Of a stretch of DNA of 64,000 bases, positions 43,609 through 55,368 are shown in pieces (position 1 is the stretch's first letter; every line of letters starts with the position of its first letter). Both the position numbers and the translations under genes were made by a program. The stretch lies in contig CAVTCR010000073.1 in NCBI GenBank assembly GCA_963733195.1, forward strand, positions 96,001-160,000. The letters are read 5' to 3'. This DNA comes from an uncultured delta proteobacterium (GTDB lineage: Bacteria > Desulfobacterota > Binatia > Bin18). The notes below the pieces were generated by a model that saw only the letters and a list, made by a program, of their open reading frames with translations, ran no database searches and was not told the origin of the DNA.

Positions 43609-44849
43609 CGCATCAAGAGTTGAAAGACCTTCTGCCGCTCTACGTTGTGGGCGGGCTCGATTCGGAGTCCATCGCTGAGGTCGAATATCACCTTGACACT
43701 AACTGTGACTCATGTCCAGACGAGCTTCGCGAATGGCGAGAAGTCGCGGGTTTGATTCCTTTAGGAGCAACCCCAGAGGGCCCGAGCGCAGGAGTAAAAG
43801 AGCGACTATTGCAGCGTGTCAGACAAGAGAACGGTACCGCCAAGGTCATTCCCTTGCGACCACGGCGATGGCAGGCCTCGTGGATTACGTTGCCGTTGGC
43901 CGCTGCCGCTGCAATACTCTTAGTGATTGGCGGGCTGCGGTATCGTGGTCTGACGACGCTGGTTGCAACCCAAATGCAACGCATTGAAGAACTTACTGTT
44001 CGTACGGCAGAACAGGCGGCGCAGGCGGAAACAATTGGGTCACTGCTCAAACAAGAACAAGCGAAACTCGCGAGTCGCGATACGGAAATCCAACGGCTCA
44101 CAGCCTCGCTTGCTGAATACCATTCCGCCAGCACAGGGAAATCGCAGCAAGTGATTACACTCGAAGCTGCGCTCGCGGAACAACAACAGCGGGTTGCTGC
44201 ACGTGAGCAGGAGTTAGCTCGAGTGAAAGAGCAAGCTGTGGCGACGGAACGCGAACTTGCGCAGACGCGACGAACCAGCAAGGAGCGCCTGGAATACGCA
44301 ACTGCGGCTACCGCTGCTCAACGTGAGATCCAACGTCTGAGGGTGGAACTTGCGCAGGCGCAAGAAGATGTCGCGACCAGCGAACGCGAAGTGCGAGATA
44401 TGCGGGGCCAGATAGAACAACAGCGGACTTTGGTAGCAGTGAGTACACGCGAGCTTGACCACTTACGTGAGGCTGTTGCACGTCAACGCGGCGTGATCGA
44501 AGTACTGACTTCACCTGGAGTGCGGGTTGAGTATCTGCGTCACGCGATGCCTGGTCTTGAGACTGAAGGACATGTACTCTGGAATGAGCGGAAGAAAGCG
44601 TGGGTGTTCTACGCTTTTCGTATGCCACAGCCAGAACAGGGCAAAGAATATCAAGTTTGGTTTATGACTGAAAAAGAAGGCCCAGTCAGTGCGGGAGTAT
44701 TCATGCCTGATCAGTCAGGGACTGGGCAGGTTCTTGCTGCTCCACCATCAAAGTTATTCGGCAAGATTACTGCGGTCGCAGTAACGTTGGAGCCGAAGGG
44801 TGGTCTGCCTAAACCGTCGGGGGCGATGTACCTTCGTGGATCGCTCTAG
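43605..44849 (+). CDS. RskA-like anti-sigma factor with ZAS motif and long coiled-coil insert
   Basis: HLDTNCDSC, single TM, about 190-aa coiled coil, YQVWF..PVSAGVF..AVTLEPKGG RskA C-domain; ATGA overlap with the sigma gene. Confidence 0.9.
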   Translation: MTHQELKDLLPLYVVGGLDSESIAEVEYHLDTNCDSCPDELREWREVAGLIPLGATPEGPSAGVKERLLQRVRQENGTAKVIPLRPRRWQASWITLPLAAAAAILLVIGGLRYRGLTTLVATQMQRIEELTVRTAEQAAQAETIGSLLKQEQAKLASRDTEIQRLTASLAEYHSASTGKSQQVITLEAALAEQQQRVAAREQELARVKEQAVATERELAQTRRTSKERLEYATAATAAQREIQRLRVELAQAQEDVATSEREVRDMRGQIEQQRTLVAVSTRELDHLREAVARQRGVIEVLTSPGVRVEYLRHAMPGLETEGHVLWNERKKAWVFYAFRMPQPEQGKEYQVWFMTEKEGPVSAGVFMPDQSGTGQVLAAPPSKLFGKITAVAVTLEPKGGLPKPSGAMYLRGSL

Positions 44850-45178
44850 CAACACGGCGGAAGTTTGGGGTCTAGCACGGCTCGTAAGCGGCTCGGGTCG
44901 AGGTTAAGTCCAAGACAGATGTTCTCGAAGGAAAAAAGCCAGGTGTGATCGTGGCCTCGTATCCAACGTAAGGCGTCATGGTAGGTCGAACGGCTGCGGG
45001 CTCCATATGCATAGCGATAGCGTTCGATACACTCGACTGCATCTTTCAGTACTGCCAGCATCAACCGTTCCTCGCCACGGTCATAATAGAGTTCCTCAAG
45101 GGTGGACAGTAGGGAGGGGGCAGGAGCGCGATTAGAGACACGATAAGCCTCATGCAGATTCCGTGCGTGTATATTCAT
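44846..45178 (-). CDS. uncharacterised small protein, paralogue 2
   Basis: GEERLMLAVLKDAVECI...DALRWI...WLFSFENICLGLNLDPSRLR; GGAGG RBS. Confidence 0.8.
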   Translation of the reverse strand: MNIHARNLHEAYRVSNRAPAPSLLSTLEELYYDRGEERLMLAVLKDAVECIERYRYAYGARSRSTYHDALRWIRGHDHTWLFSFENICLGLNLDPSRLRAVLDPKLPPCC

Positions 45179-45475
45179 TCGTCAGCCTCCTTGTACCTCC
45201 TTTTACGACTGAGAAGCTGGGTTGGATGCAGAGGCGAGCCCTTGCCGAATGCTGAATTCTTTGTCACGGAAGCACAACAAGGGTATAAAGAAACTGGTCG
45301 CACTTGCAAAAGCAACGACAATACAGGCAAAATAAAGTTTCTCCCAGTAAATCCAAATCTGGTTCATTATCGTAGATTCACGGAGGGGAGTGTCTTTCGG
45401 GGGTAGGGCAACAACTCAAAAAGAGAGAGCTTCGTATAGAAAAGGAGTCTCTTTTTAGGCAAAGGAGGTAGGCAT

Positions 45476-46676
45476 ATGAGGAAACTATTCTTTGGGGGTT
45501 CGTTCAGAGCAATCGGTATTCTGACACTGGCATTGGGGTTCTGTTTGACCGCCGTTCCACGCGTGAATGCGGCTGACCACGGAGACGCGCCCATTGCTGG
45601 GAACAATCAGTCTACAGATATAGCGGACGTATTCGCATTTCTTGATCCGAACGATAACTCCAGGCTCGTTCTGGCCCTGACTCAGCGTGGGTTCATTGCG
45701 GCAGGTGAGAATGCCAACTTCGGCATCTTCGACCAGTTTCTGCAATATCGATTTTTATTGGAGACCACCGGTGACGCGGAGCCAGACCAGTTCATCAACA
45801 TTACCTTTACCGCACCGGCAGGTTCGGGTGGACCGCAGACGGCGACTATCAAATTGTCCGGCGACCGGAGCTTTAGCGCTCCTACCACCCAATCCTCAAC
45901 TGCCCCCGCCGCACCAACGCAAGTGGTGACAACCGACTCGGCGACTGGCATCTCGTTCTTTGCCGGTTTAGTTGACGATCCGTTCTTCTTTGATATCCCA
46001 GCCTTCGGTCGCTTCGTGGCCTCGGTGCGCGCTGGGGCACCTGATGCCACCCAGTTGCAGCGCGGACGAGACAGCTTTCGCTGGGTACAACATTATGGGG
46101 ATCGCACTCAGTATTCCCTTGTCGTTCCTGCAAAGTCCCAGCTCCATTGGCGTAAGCGCGGCCATCCGGCGCAACGAGGAGACGCGCGTTCGCAACGACG
46201 AGTTCGACACCTCGGGGAAATTCCGCCAGGTTGAGCGCATGGGTAATCCCGCCGTCAACGTCGCACTTATTCCCTTTGCTCGCAAGGATGAGCACAACTT
46301 TGCGACTCCGGAAGACGATGCGGACGGGCAGTTCGCTAACGACATCGTGGCGACACTGACCGCGCTGGGCACCAATGCAACCAACATCGGTATCCTTGCC
46401 AGTGTGGCTGTGACCAACGGCGATTATCTGCGACTCAACACCCAAACTGCCAATGTGGGGCCGATGGGTGGCAACAATGCTGGAGCGGGATTTCCCAACG
46501 GACGGCGACTTGCCGATGATACCATTGATACGATCCTCTTCTTCGTCGCCAACCAGAATACCTTGGGGGACAATGTGAATGCGAGCGACGTTCCCCCTGG
46601 CAACACCTTTCCCTTCCTTGCGCTCTCGCAGCAACCGCGCGATCCTGGCGTAATTGACGACAACACGCGTAATTGA
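45476..46676 (+). CDS. DUF4331-family secreted protein (frameshift near 46080)
   Basis: signal peptide then ADHGDAP, DIADVFAF, FAGLVDDPFFFD, QVERMGNPAVN and GFPNGRRLADD motifs. Confidence 0.9.
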
Positions 46677-46684
46677 TCGTTGGA

Positions 46685-46818
46685 AGAGACTGTTCAGAAA
46701 GGGGTAGAACAGTGTCATTGCGAGCTGCAGACGAAGCAATCTTTGTTTGAAAAGAGATTGCTTCATCGCTGGTGGCTCCTCGCAATGACTCATCTCTTTG
46801 GCTTTTCGGATAGTCTCT
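46685..46818. repeat. nested palindromic repeat: GTCATTGCGAG...CTCGCAATGAC (46714-46789) inside an outer IR
   Basis: inner RPE-like element with GAAGCAATC/GATTGCTTC; outer AGAGACTGTTCAGAAAG / CTTTTCGGATAGTCTCT. Confidence 0.75.
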
Positions 46819-46850
46819 AACTATCTCGGTCGTCCGTAGGTTCCGGAAGA

Positions 46851-48168
46851 ATGATCGCTCTCAGCTTTGTCTCTGTCTTCATGATTGCGTTCATATGGAC
46901 TGGCTACAATGAGGAAACAGCAACGGCGGACCAATCATTTTCGCTCCCTCCTGCTACACCACTGGCATCGGACACGGATCAGGTAATCGCCACGATCCGG
47001 TCTCTTGAAGAGAAGGTCAAGAAAAACCCTGACGACTTCATTGCCTACACCAAGTTGGCAGGGTATTACCTCCAGCGGCAGCGCGAGACCGGCAGTAATG
47101 AATATCTCACGCTAGCTGGGCGTGCCGCCCGGGCCTCGCTTGCCGTTTTACCACCGGAACAAAACTACAGTGGTCTTGCCGTGCTCGCACAAACCGAATA
47201 CGCGCTACACAATTTCGCCATTGCACGTGACCACGCTATGCGGTTGACTGAGCTGAGCCCGGTCAAAAGCATCGGATTTGAGATTCTCAGCGACGCGCTC
47301 CTCGAACTTGGTGAATACGACAGTGCCCGACGTGCGCTCAATCGAATGCAGGGTCTCAAAGAAAAAACTACCCGTACGCAGACTCGTCTCGGCAAATACG
47401 CGCTGTTGCGTGGCCACCCTCGGGATGCTGCACAGTATCTTTCAGAGGCTCTGGTGCTGGCGCTCGAACAGTCTCCCCCTCAGAGCGAGACCGTAGCCTG
47501 GTGCCGCTGGCAATTAGGTGAGATCGCGTTCTCGGTCGGTGATTACCAAACTGCTGAGCACCACTACCGTGAGGCATTGATTACCTTTCCTAATTTCTTT
47601 CGTGCGCGCGCAGCGCTGGCCCGTGTTTTGGCTGCTCGTAGGGATCTCTCAGGGGCGATCGCGTTGTACGAACCAGTTGTACAGTCCCTTCCAGATCTCA
47701 GCTTTGTTGCAGCTCTTGGGGACTTGTATCACCTTGTCGGGACGAGAGCAGGATGCTACGGCGCAATATGCACTGGTTGAACGGATCGCCCAACTCGAGA
47801 CGGTTAACGGCTCTCTGTATAATCGCCAACTCGCGCTCTTTTACGCTGACCATGACCATAAGCCCGAAGAAGCCTACACCAACGCAGTGAAGGAATACGC
47901 CGTACGACGAGATATTTATGGAGCAGATGCGGTAGCGTGGACAGCGCTCAAAGCCAACAAAATTGCTGAAGCGAAAAGTGCTATCAAAGAAGCACTGCGG
48001 CTCGGCACTCAGGATGCACGAATCTTGTATCATGCTGGGATGATTGCTGCCGCGGCAGGAGAGCGTGTACGCGCTCGTGAATATCTGACTCAGGCATTGA
48101 CCCTCAGCCCTGGGTTCGATCCGCTACAAGCGTCGATTGCGAGGAAAGCTTTAGCACTGCAGAAATGA
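46851..48168 (+). CDS. membrane-anchored TPR protein (frameshift near 47740)
   Basis: YLQRQRETG, HNFAIA, DALLELGEY and RRDIYGADAVAW motifs of the TPR type found beside DUF4331. Confidence 0.85.
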
Positions 48169-48248
48169 CATAGCAGGGACAAGAGCGGAGTCGTACTGTC
48201 CTTGGCCCGTAGACTAAATCAGACCGCAAGAGATTGGCACCCCGGTCA

Positions 48249-48308
48249 TGTTACCCTGAACAAAGTGAAGGATGTCTCAGAGAGAGTTTTCGCTCGCTCA
48301 GAATGACA
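48249..48308. repeat. degenerate palindromic repeat (TGTTACCCTGAAC...GCTCAGAATGACA)
   Basis: terminal IR with internal GTGAAG / TTCGC arms. Confidence 0.55.
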
Positions 48309-48507
48309 ACAGTGAGCAGGCTCGTTGGAAAGCATAGGAATCTGATATGGTTCGATTGAGAAAATCTGATTACAGCAGCCTGCACGTATAGATCAGTAGA
48401 ACTTGTGTAGTGGTGGCCTTGAAAGCAAAGACCGGGTGAACTGTAAAAGGTGAAGGCTCCTAATGTTGTCACAGTCCTTGGCCCCAATACAATTGGGAGA
48501 GCAGAAA

Positions 48508-50060
48508 ATGAGCGCGAACAGACCACTTCCCTCATCGCCACTCGCGGTTCTTGTTTTTGTCGTGTTGCTCTTACTGCCGGGGCACTGCCTTGCCCACCCA
48601 ATGGGGAATTTCAGTATTAATCATTTCTCCGCTATCGCTGTTTATCCGACGTTCGTTCGTGTGTCGTATGTCATTGACATGGCAGAGATTCCTACGTTCC
48701 AGGAGATACAAGACTCTGGGCTAGTTGCTCAACCAGATGACCCTTCAGCGACTCTGTATCGAGACCGCAAAGTAGAGGAGTGGCGACAAGGTCTTGTGTT
48801 GCGTGTCAGCGAGCAAACTCTGACTTTGTCTCCTCGTTCAAGTGAGCTGACTTTTCCCGCAGGTGCTGGGGGATTGCCGACCTTACGGCTTGCGGTCGTA
48901 TATGAAGCACCCCTGCAATTCGAGAGTGGAACACTCGTGTATGAGGACCGCAATTATCCACAACGAGTCGGATGGAAGGAGGTCGTGGCACGTTCATACG
49001 ATGGAGCGAAACTCACTCGCAGTTCAGTTCCTGGGGAAAGTAAGAGCCAGCAACTGACCAATTATGCGTCCGATCTCTTGCAAGCGCCACCACAAGATTT
49101 GCAGGCAGAGCTGATGTTTTCTATCCCAACGACTGCACATGCTCAAGCTTCGAGTACCCCGTCGGCGACAGAGATAGGTTCCGCAAACGTTCGAGAATCG
49201 CCAACTCCGCGGAGTTGGCTGACCGAACTCATTACCGTGCGACAACTCACGCCCGGTCTTATTGTCCTATCACTGTTAGTGGCAATGGGATTCGGAGCTT
49301 TGCATGCCCTTGAACCTGGACATGGCAAAACGCTTGTTGCTGCATATCTGGTGGGAGAACGTGGGACAGCCTGGCATGCGCTATTGCTTGGTCTCACAGT
49401 GACAGCAAGCCATACCATCGGAGTGTTTGCACTCGGTGCAGTGGCACTTTTTGCTTCACATTACATCGTCCCTGAGCAACTGTATCCCTGGCTTAACCTC
49501 GTTTCTGGGCTCCTCATCGCGGGTATGGGAGGGATACTGCTTCGTCAAGCCTGTCTGCGCTCCGTCGGCTATGCGCCCTCGCACCATCATCATTCTCACG
49601 ATTCCGACCATCATCATGCCCATGATCATCACGATCACACGATCACCATCATCACGATCATACCCATACGCATAAGGATGCGTCCCGCCACCATCACGAT
49701 GCTCACGATCCTAGCGCAAGCAATCACGTGTCGTATGGCACCCTACTCACGTTAGGCATTACGGGAGGCATGATTCCGTGTCCTGGGGCGTTGGTTGTGT
49801 TACTCAGTGCGGTGGCGTTGCAACGTATTGCCTTTGGCCTGCTCTTGATCGTAGCCTTCAGTGTTGGCTTGGCTGCCGTCCTCGTTAGCGTTGGTTTACT
49901 TCTCGTCTCTGCGCGTGGTTCACTCCAACGATGGAGTGGAGGAGGGGTATGGGTGACGTACCTCCCATTCTTATCTCCTCTGGTAATGACCCCAGTAGGC
50001 GTGCTGCTCGTTCTTCGTGCGCTCTCTGATACTGGTCTCCTGCCGCAATTCCTTTTCTAA
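48508..50060 (+). CDS. Ni/Co transporter (RcnA/NicO-like) fused to an N-terminal periplasmic domain; frameshift in the His-rich linker
   Basis: signal peptide then HPMGNFSINH; HALEPGHGKT, SHT, poly-His/Asp linker, GGMIPCPGALVVLL. Confidence 0.88.
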
Positions 50061-50173
50061 CAGAAAGTCTCACGTCTCTTCAATCGAATAAAAACCCCTG
50101 CTTACTCACAGGGATATCATCTCATCAACAGTAAAGGTTTTTCAATCGAGACCGATCTTGCTGTCAGGGTGCA

Positions 50174-50188
50174 TGGTACGCCATTTGC
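50174..50188 (+). promoter_or_regulatory. sigma-54 promoter (-24/-12)
   Basis: TGGTACGCCATTTGC, 80 bp upstream of the kinase start. Confidence 0.6.
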
Positions 50189-50267
50189 CACCAATAGGCG
50201 CACGCAATAATTCCTCGAGCGTGCAAACCATTGGAACTATGTCGTGGCCCCTGGAGAGGAGTTGTTT

Positions 50268-52226
50268 ATGTCTCGCTTTTCCCTAGCGAGCTTACGTTTT
50301 CGGTTGCTCTTACTCGTATTATTTGCTGTTATCCCGGCATTTCTGTTGACGGTGTTCACGAACTGGAACGAACGCCGACTCGCCGCATCAGAGGTTCGTG
50401 AAGAGGCGCTACGCCTCGCTCGACTGGCAGCAGCAGACCAAGAACAGTTAGTAGAGGGTGTACGTCAACTGCTGTTGACATTGGCTCGCATTCCCGAAGT
50501 TCAAGGTGGCGATGCTGCCCACTGCCGGGCTCTCTTGGCTGATCTTCTCAGACAACATCGCCGCTATACCAACCTTGGGGTGATTCAAGCCAATGGGGAT
50601 GTGGTTTGTAGCGGTTCTCCTGTTGCGAAAGGGGATCTCAACACTGAGCAATCGCTCGTGGCGGCTGCTCGACAAACGATCGAAACCGGGGAGTTTATCG
50701 TCGGAGATTACCAAGCCGGGCGTACAACACGCGGTGAAGCCGTTGTTTCTTTCACTTATCCAGTGTTCAACGCCACTGGCGAGAGACATGCAGCAGTGTT
50801 CGCCACCCTCGATTTGACTTGGCTCAATCAATTTGCCGCGGAAATCGATTTACCGCAAGATTCCACACTGACAGTGATTGATCGTAAGGGGATTGTCTTG
50901 GCCCGCCATCCGGAGAGAGGAAAATGGGTTGGGCAAGTGGCCCCAGAAGCGGCGCTGATCCAGGGGTTAGCAGGAAACCTGGATGAAGATACTGCCCAGG
51001 TTGTTGGTGATGATAACGTCTCCCGACTCTATGCCTTTACTGTATTGCGTGCCGCTGGTGGTGCCGCTTATGTCAGCGTGGGCATTCCTACGGAAGTTGC
51101 TTTTGCTGCCTCTAATCGTGTGTTACGCGTCACCATGGCTGGGTTAGCACTGGCTGCGGCGTTCGTTCTGGCCTTAGCTTGGTTTGGTGCAGATCTTTTG
51201 ATTCTTCGTCGGGTGAACCTCGTACTAGGTGCTACGGAGCGCTTGAGTCATGGCGACCTGAGTGTCCGTACTGGACTTCCACATGGTCCTGGCGAGCTTA
51301 ACCTCTTAGGTTACGGTTTTGACCAAATGGCCGAAACTCTTCAGTTACGAGAAAAAGAGCGGACTGCTGCTGAGGAAGAAATCCGTACTCTCAATAGCGA
51401 TCTCGAACTACGAGTGACGGAACGAACAACACAGCTAGAGTCAGCTAACAAGGAGTTAGAAGCGTTTTCGTACTCGGTATCGCACGACTTACGAGCGCCT
51501 CTACGTGGGATGGCTGGATTCGCACGCATCCTGATGGAAGATTACGCCGAACAACTTCCCGAAGATGCAGTACGCTCGCTGAAACGGATTCAGGATAACG
51601 CCCAAAAGATGGGAACATTGATTGATGATCTACTCGCTTTTTCTCGCCTTAGCCGTCAGGCTTTGAGCAAACAACCCATCAATCCTGGTGGCCTTGCACG
51701 CCAGATTTTCGAAGAACTGCGTGGAGACCAAGATGGTCGGAAGCTTGATATTGTCATTGAAGAGATGCCGCAATTCCAAGGTGACCCCGCGTTGTTTAAG
51801 CAGGTATATGTGAACTTGCTTGCCAATGCGCTGAAATTTACTCGCAAGCGTGAGCCTGGGCGTATCGCAATCGGCTGTCAGAACATTGATGGAGAAGACG
51901 TGTATTTCGTCAAAGATAACGGAGTCGGCTTCGATATGCGCTATGCCAATAAGCTCTTTGGCGTGTTTCAACGACTTCATGATGCAAAGGAGTATGAAGG
52001 TACCGGTGTTGGCCTTGCCATCGTCCAACGCGTTATCACACGACATGGTGGACGTTTGTGGGCCGACGCAGAGATTGAGAAAGGTGCTTCGTTTTACTTT
52101 ACAGTTGGAGATGCACAGCAGGTTGAGCAGGACGATACGACAGGACAGAATAGCGTGGTGGTGAACGGGGTGGTACCGAATGGACAGTCGAACGGCCTTG
52201 ATGCCCAACAGAGTAGTCACTCGTAG
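50268..52226 (+). CDS. sensor histidine kinase (Cache + HAMP + HisKA + HATPase)
   Basis: FSYSVSHDLRAPLR, NLLANALKF, DNGVGF and GTGVGLAIV motifs. Confidence 0.95.
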   Translation: MSRFSLASLRFRLLLLVLFAVIPAFLLTVFTNWNERRLAASEVREEALRLARLAAADQEQLVEGVRQLLLTLARIPEVQGGDAAHCRALLADLLRQHRRYTNLGVIQANGDVVCSGSPVAKGDLNTEQSLVAAARQTIETGEFIVGDYQAGRTTRGEAVVSFTYPVFNATGERHAAVFATLDLTWLNQFAAEIDLPQDSTLTVIDRKGIVLARHPERGKWVGQVAPEAALIQGLAGNLDEDTAQVVGDDNVSRLYAFTVLRAAGGAAYVSVGIPTEVAFAASNRVLRVTMAGLALAAAFVLALAWFGADLLILRRVNLVLGATERLSHGDLSVRTGLPHGPGELNLLGYGFDQMAETLQLREKERTAAEEEIRTLNSDLELRVTERTTQLESANKELEAFSYSVSHDLRAPLRGMAGFARILMEDYAEQLPEDAVRSLKRIQDNAQKMGTLIDDLLAFSRLSRQALSKQPINPGGLARQIFEELRGDQDGRKLDIVIEEMPQFQGDPALFKQVYVNLLANALKFTRKREPGRIAIGCQNIDGEDVYFVKDNGVGFDMRYANKLFGVFQRLHDAKEYEGTGVGLAIVQRVITRHGGRLWADAEIEKGASFYFTVGDAQQVEQDDTTGQNSVVVNGVVPNGQSNGLDAQQSSHS

Positions 52227-52268
52227 TGTGAGATTCTGACTTTGTTTGAGATGAGGAGGATACATAGC

Positions 52269-52730
52269 ATGGCTGCACAAGGGGAAATTGCAATCCTATT
52301 GGTAGAAGATAACCCAGATGATGCGGACCTAGCGCTTCGCGCGCTCAAGAAAGTGAAAGTGGATAACGGTACCCTGCCCATTACGATTGAACATGTGATC
52401 GACGGGGCACAAGCAATCGACTTTCTTTTCTGTACTGGGGACTATACGACCCGGAATCGGCAGAACCGCCCTAAAGTAATTTTGCTTGATCTGAAGTTGC
52501 CAAAAGTTGATGGACTTGAAGTGCTCCAACGTATTAAGAAGGAAAGTGATACACGGACGATCCCTGTGGTGATGCTGACCTCATCACGTGAGGAACGTGA
52601 CCTCGTCGAGAGCTATCAGTTGGGAGTGAATAGTTATATCGTCAAGCCGGTGGATTTTGAGCAATTCACTGAGGCGGTCAAACAGCTTGGCTCATACTGG
52701 TTACGACTCAATCAGCAGTCGGGACACTAA
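52269..52730 (+). CDS. single-domain response regulator (Rcp1-like)
   Basis: [23 protein letters not shown] and NSYIVKP motifs. Confidence 0.95.
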   Translation: MAAQGEIAILLVEDNPDDADLALRALKKVKVDNGTLPITIEHVIDGAQAIDFLFCTGDYTTRNRQNRPKVILLDLKLPKVDGLEVLQRIKKESDTRTIPVVMLTSSREERDLVESYQLGVNSYIVKPVDFEQFTEAVKQLGSYWLRLNQQSGH

Positions 52731-52941
52731 CGTCATTGCGTCACCGTGCCACTCATCGCTCAGTGCACGTGTTTCCAGTACAGTCTCCTGCCTCGTTTTC
52801 GCTCGGGCCATGCTCTTCGACTACGCCGTCGTGGCGGCGTAGTTTCTCCTGAACTACAATGAAAGATTTGTGCGAACGGAAACATTTTCCGTTGTTGGAC
52901 AGAAGGCTTCGGTTGCCTCCTGTCAGGTCCGCCTTCCTTCC

Positions 52942-54371
52942 TCATACCTGATCAGTGAACAACATATTGTGTTCGGCAGAAATGCTAGAGAAGACAATGA
53001 CTGTTCCACTATTGTTGCCAGAGGTACGCATAAATTCCTTTGTCTTCTCGATCATCCCTTCTCGTGTCGTTATGTCCGGAGGTAGGAGAAGCGGAGTTAC
53101 CCCACGAATAAGGGCAAGTCGCCGGTAGGTATCGACCCGCGGCGTGGCTGCAAGAATCGGTGTGCCGGGCGGTATTTGGCGACGAGTCGTGCGCTTGTTC
53201 CTTCGAAGGTAACGGTGACAATCGCTTCTAATCTGAGTGTAGAAGCAATGTGACAGGCGGCCTGGGCCATGAGATCAGCTTCCGACGGTGCAAATTCCTC
53301 CACTCGACGATCTCTAGTACCGGGAGATAGCTCTGTGTGTTCTGCTTCGCGCGCAATGTCCGCCATTGCCTGTACCGCTTGTACGGGATAGCGACCGATA
53401 GCGGTCTCTTCAGAAAGCATCAGCGCATCGGTGCCATCGATGACCGCATTGGCAACGTCCGCAGCCTCGGCGCGCGTTGGGCGAGGAGCGTTTACCATTG
53501 ACCACAGCATTTGCGTGGCGGTAATCACTGGTTTTGCTTGTTGATTGGCCTTGGCAATGAGCTGTTTTTGCACGAGAGGGACGCGCGCAAAAGCTGTTTC
53601 AATGCCAAGATCACCGCGTGCGACCATAACACCATCGGCTGCAGCAATGATCTCATCAATGTGGCCGAGTGCGGCTTGTGTTTCAATTTTGGCGATGATG
53701 GGGATATTGCTCCCTCGTTGCGCAATTTCCGACCTGGCGATGCGGATGTCCTCAGCAGTGCGTACGAACGAAAGTCCGATATAGTCAATCTGGTGGTCGA
53801 TCCCGAATTGAAGGTCGGAAAACAAATCTTTGAGGCTGAGGATTGGTAACTTGAACAGACCAGAGGGACAATTCACGCCCTTATGCGCACTGAGGTTGCC
53901 GCCTACAGTGACTTGGCAGTGAATATCCTCTGCAGTGACCTGCCGTACTTCGAGGGCAACTGCTCCATCTGCGAGAAGCAAAGTGTCTCCTGGCTTCACT
54001 TCTTGTGGGAGGTGAGCGTAGGAAACAGATACTACTTGTTGCGTGCCGACTATTGGCCGTGTGGTTAATGTGAATGACTCGCCAGCCCTGAGCGTAATGC
54101 TTCCGTTCGTGAAGGTACCGATCCGTACCTTTGGACCAGCAAGATCTTGTAGGATTGCGACCGGTACGTTGAGCTGCTCAGCAATGCGACGGGCGCGAGT
54201 AATTACCTGAGCATGTTCTTCCTGTGTCCCATGAGAGAAGTTGAGACGAAGAACATCTGCGCCTGCCTCAAGGAGCGCTCGGAGTTGCTCTTCAGATTGT
54301 GAAGCTGGACCGATCGTGCAAACAATCTTACTTTTCGGTTCTGCGCGCCAGGGAGCAGAGCTGAGAGCCAT
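52942..54371 (-). CDS. pyk: pyruvate kinase (frameshift near 53160)
   Basis: KIVCTIGPAS, RLNFSHG, AKIE, MVARGDLG, TATQM, LSEETA; C-terminus PILAATP..LALIRGV in a shifted frame. Confidence 0.93.
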
Positions 54372-54683
54372 ACGTGTTGTTCTCCTCTCACTTTAAAATC
54401 CCACCGACACTCCTACTGTAGCAAAAAATACTACCTGGTCCGACTCGCCGATACATAGGTCGCTTCCAAAGTCAGACAATTGACGGCTGATAATAAGCGA
54501 TTGAAGAGGTCCGAGGAGGAAAGGCTCCTATACGAGCTAATCAAATAAGAACGAAAGAAAGGTGGGGTTAGCTAGAGGTAGAGGACAGAAAGCGTCACAT
54601 ATGAAGAAAACAAGGGTAAGGGAGTATTGAGAAAATCTGTCTGGCTCTGAGGCCGTTCTCTCCCATGTTCTGTTTCTTCTTGG

Positions 54684-55328
54684 CTATCCCTTACTGTCTG
54701 ATGCCGAGGCTGTATCCAACTCGTGAAGTTTATTTTGTAGGGTCTTGATCAGTTCTTCATACGACGACTTGGTGAGAATCCGGTTAAATTGGTTGCGATA
54801 GTTCTGCACCATGCTCACGTTTTCGATCACCACATCGTAGACGAGCCATTTCCCGTTAACGTTATGCAAACGGTACCCAATCGAGAAGATTCTGTTCTGT
54901 ACCGGATCAAGCACGCGTGTATCGACTTCAGAGAATTTGTCCTCGATACGCTCGTGGTCAAAGAAAAATTGGACACCGTTGTTGTAGCGGTCAAGATTGT
55001 GCGAGTATGTCTTCTCGACGAGAGCAATGAAAAGCTGGACAAACTCTTGCTGCTGCTGATCCGTGAGGCCTTTCCAATGCGTGCTCAGTGTCCGCTTCGC
55101 CAATTCTTGTGAATCGAACTGCGGTAAAACAACCTCTTTGACCTTCGCGAGGCGCTGTTGCTTGTGGTCTTGGCCCTGATAACTCGGGTCTTCCAAGACC
55201 GCGCGCGCTTGCTGGATTGTCGTGCGGATCGTCTCGATCGGCGAGTCGGCAGTTGCCCAGGCATTCACCGTCATCGTTATGAGAACAGCCCCAGCAATAT
55301 TCAAGAGGACAGCAGATCGACTTCTCAT
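54684..55328 (-). CDS. mlaC: phospholipid-binding periplasmic protein MlaC
   Basis: signal peptide; WLVYDVVIENVSMVQNYRNQF motif. Confidence 0.92.
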   Translation of the reverse strand: MRSRSAVLLNIAGAVLITMTVNAWATADSPIETIRTTIQQARAVLEDPSYQGQDHKQQRLAKVKEVVLPQFDSQELAKRTLSTHWKGLTDQQQQEFVQLFIALVEKTYSHNLDRYNNGVQFFFDHERIEDKFSEVDTRVLDPVQNRIFSIGYRLHNVNGKWLVYDVVIENVSMVQNYRNQFNRILTKSSYEELIKTLQNKLHELDTASASDSKG

Positions 55329-55368
55329 GGTCTTCTCCTCCTTACCGCTGATAAACTATATAAGCCCA

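Noticed and set aside
45476-54371. Frameshifts in DUF4331, TPR, Ni transporter and pyk (also the STAND regulator and DUF1302) as pseudogenes or programmed frameshifting
   Set aside because: Single-base indels are scattered through otherwise intact conserved genes with no shared slippery motif; most likely long-read consensus errors. Read polishing is needed to decide.
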